A DNA stretch of 28,815 nucleotides from an uncultured archaeon (lineage in GTDB: Archaea; Asgardarchaeota; Heimdallarchaeia; Heimdallarchaeales; Heimdallarchaeaceae), in contig CAZJUB010000001.1 in assembly GCA_964549075.1 (NCBI GenBank), forward strand, positions 1 through 28,815. The letters are read 5' to 3'. The notes beneath the pieces are model-generated. The model was given only the letters and a program-made list of their open reading frames with translations, did no database searches and was not told where the DNA came from. The position numbers were made by a program, and so were the translations under genes. Positions 27,127 to 28,815 of this stretch are shown one piece after another. How positions within the stretch are numbered: position 1 is the first letter of the stretch; the number at the start of each line of letters is the position of its first letter.

Positions 27127-28272
27127 ATGTATTCTCTTTTTCGTAGAGATGTTATGACAATTTGGCAACAAGTTGAGCTGCAAAATAGACTTGTACAATA
27201 TCGAGAAATTTTCCAAGGTAAACGATTACCTAGATATAAACTTGCACGATTGTTTTATGTCTCTTTTGATAATTATGGAGATAAAAATGATTTAATGAGT
27301 ATTCATGAACATTTTCATCCAAAATTTGTCAAATGGTTGAAAGAAAAACAAACCCAACCTATAGAAGAAATTGAACAAGAAGTATTTTCTAATATTACAG
27401 AAAAAGAAATTGAACAAAATAATTATCTAAAACTTAAATCTGAATTACTGAATAATATGCTCTCTGCTTGTGAATTCTGTGAAAATAAGTGTAAAACAAA
27501 TCGATTTGAAGGGAAAGTTGGAAAATGTGGTGTAGATGGAGAAGCTTATGTCAGTTCAGCATTTATTCATATGGGAGAAGAAAGTCCCATAATTCCAAGT
27601 GGTACTATCTTCTTTTATGGTTGTACCATTAACTGCCAATTTTGTCAAAATTGGGATATTAGCCACACTTTTGACTTAGATAGGTTAAAAGGTAGAGGAA
27701 CATCAGCAGTGCAGCTTGCTGCTATGTTTTATTCTTTAGTTAAACAAAATGCTAGGAATATTAATTTTGTTGGGGGAGAGCCTACACCAAATCTACATAG
27801 AATAGTTGAAGCACTTCTTATCAGTCAAGTGAATGTTCCAATGTTATGGAACAGCAACATGTATCTAACTGAAACAAGCATGAAAATAATCTCAGATTTG
27901 TTTGACATCTGGCTTCCAGATATGAAATATAGTAACAACGAGTGCTCTCTCAAATATTCAAAAGCTCCAACTTATTGGGAAACATTACAACGAAACATGA
28001 AAATGATAGAGAACAGAGGAAGTGGAGAATACATAATCCGTCATTTAGTAATGCCAGCTCATACTAAATGCTGTTCAATACCTCTTTTAGATTGGATTAA
28101 TGAAAATTTAGAAACACCTCTAGTAAATATAATGTCACAATATCATCCTGATTACAGAGTTCTTCAAACAGATAAATTTCCAGAAATTGGAAGAAAAGTT
28201 ACTACAGGTGAAATGCATGAAGTTAGAAGTCATGCAGACAAATTAGGATTATTTTGGAAAAGCGTTTCTTAA
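27127..28272 (+). CDS. PflX-like radical SAM protein with N-terminal extension
   Basis: CEFCENKC..NR....G.C, HMGEE.PI.PSGTIFF.GCTINCQFCQNWDIS, NINFVGGEPTP, WNSNMY, DIWLPDMKY, IIRHLVMP.H..CC, NIMSQY.P. The start may be ATG 27154. Confidence 0.9.
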   Translation: MYSLFRRDVMTIWQQVELQNRLVQYREIFQGKRLPRYKLARLFYVSFDNYGDKNDLMSIHEHFHPKFVKWLKEKQTQPIEEIEQEVFSNITEKEIEQNNYLKLKSELLNNMLSACEFCENKCKTNRFEGKVGKCGVDGEAYVSSAFIHMGEESPIIPSGTIFFYGCTINCQFCQNWDISHTFDLDRLKGRGTSAVQLAAMFYSLVKQNARNINFVGGEPTPNLHRIVEALLISQVNVPMLWNSNMYLTETSMKIISDLFDIWLPDMKYSNNECSLKYSKAPTYWETLQRNMKMIENRGSGEYIIRHLVMPAHTKCCSIPLLDWINENLETPLVNIMSQYHPDYRVLQTDKFPEIGRKVTTGEMHEVRSHADKLGLFWKSVS

Positions 28273-28277
28273 TTGTT

Positions 28278-28766
28278 CTATTGAATACTCATGTCCCAAA
28301 GAAGTCTTTTAGTTGTGTTTCTCTCCCATGTATTCAAAGCACTTCTTGCTGCAATTGTTTCTGATAAGAACTTATGTTGAAAATCAGAGATGAAATCTAT
28401 TAATTTATCAATTTCAGCTACTTTTTCTAATAAGGCTTCTGAAATATAAAATGTAATAGAAAAACCTGGCTCAGGTTCTTTTTGAACTATTCCAGTTGAC
28501 TCATATAAAGCTAAACTTAGTCTTTTTAACAGCATATCATCAAAAGGATCTCTAAGTTCAAGAATTAGTGAAATCAAACTAGAATTTCTAGTTTTTTCTA
28601 TAAATCCATTTTTCAAAGGGAATTGCTTTAAATCCATTTCTCTACAATCTTTACAAATAACGCAGGGATAGTTTATTTGTCTATGAGGACAGATATAGCG
28701 TTCAAGCTTTAAAGCTGCTCTAATTTTTTCTTTATCGTCCATAAATTCAGAAGAAGTAGAACTCAT
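28278..28766 (-). CDS. ARPC4 (Arp2/3 complex subunit 4, p20-Arc)-like protein
   Basis: Collinear by-eye matches to human ARPC4 as recalled: IRAALKLERY~LQAALCLENF; FIEKTRNSSLISL~LIEGSINSVRVSI; DPFDDML~DEIEKIL; IVQKEPEPGFSITFYIS~ILRRKPVEGYDISFLIT; KLIDFISDF~KLVDFVIHF; RSALNTWER~KLSVNARAR. Similar length. Confidence 0.82.
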   Translation of the reverse strand: MSSTSSEFMDDKEKIRAALKLERYICPHRQINYPCVICKDCREMDLKQFPLKNGFIEKTRNSSLISLILELRDPFDDMLLKRLSLALYESTGIVQKEPEPGFSITFYISEALLEKVAEIDKLIDFISDFQHKFLSETIAARSALNTWERNTTKRLLWDMSIQ

Positions 28767-28815
28767 CACTTAACACAGAACGTGTTCGGTTTTTAATTTT
28801 TCTTTTGTCCTACTG

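Noticed and set aside
1-28815. CRISPR arrays, tRNA/rRNA genes, transposases, integrases, defence systems
   Set aside because: No spaced repeats, GC-rich structured RNA or mobile-element motifs were seen by eye, and intergenic gaps are short and AT-rich.

Overview
AT-rich, densely coding archaeal chromosomal window, most likely from an Asgard archaeon (Heimdallarchaeia-like). The assignment is inferred from an ARPC4-like eukaryotic signature protein plus archaeal-type LonB, class I CCA enzyme, Trm11, ThpR and archaemetzincin. The left half is mixed metabolic and regulatory: truncated IscS-like gene, archaemetzincin, GH1, GT4, an orphan response regulator, an RHH/C2H2 zinc-finger protein, OsmC, a coiled-coil protein, MFS, M14 deacylase, two MBL hydrolases, an ABC ATPase with a ~155-aa insertion, kbl-like and GtrA. 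The right half holds an RNA-maturation/housekeeping cluster (Mre11-like, cca-like, thpR, UPF0200/0201, rnz, trm11, prs, lonB), two radical SAM genes and the ARPC4 homologue. Most notable: (1) an ARPC4-like protein with a Cys/His-rich putative metal-binding segment; (2) a box C/D guide RNA at ~6285-6356 whose D' guide matches SSU rRNA helix 34 at the site equivalent to yeast Gm1271; (3) a CCA-adding enzyme homologue with several catalytic residues apparently substituted; (4) a receiver domain fused to a longin/uDENN-like domain; (5) a protein with two RHH motifs, zinc fingers and an acidic tail. No tRNA, rRNA, CRISPR array or mobile element was recognised. All alignments were made by eye against remembered family motifs; no database searches were run.
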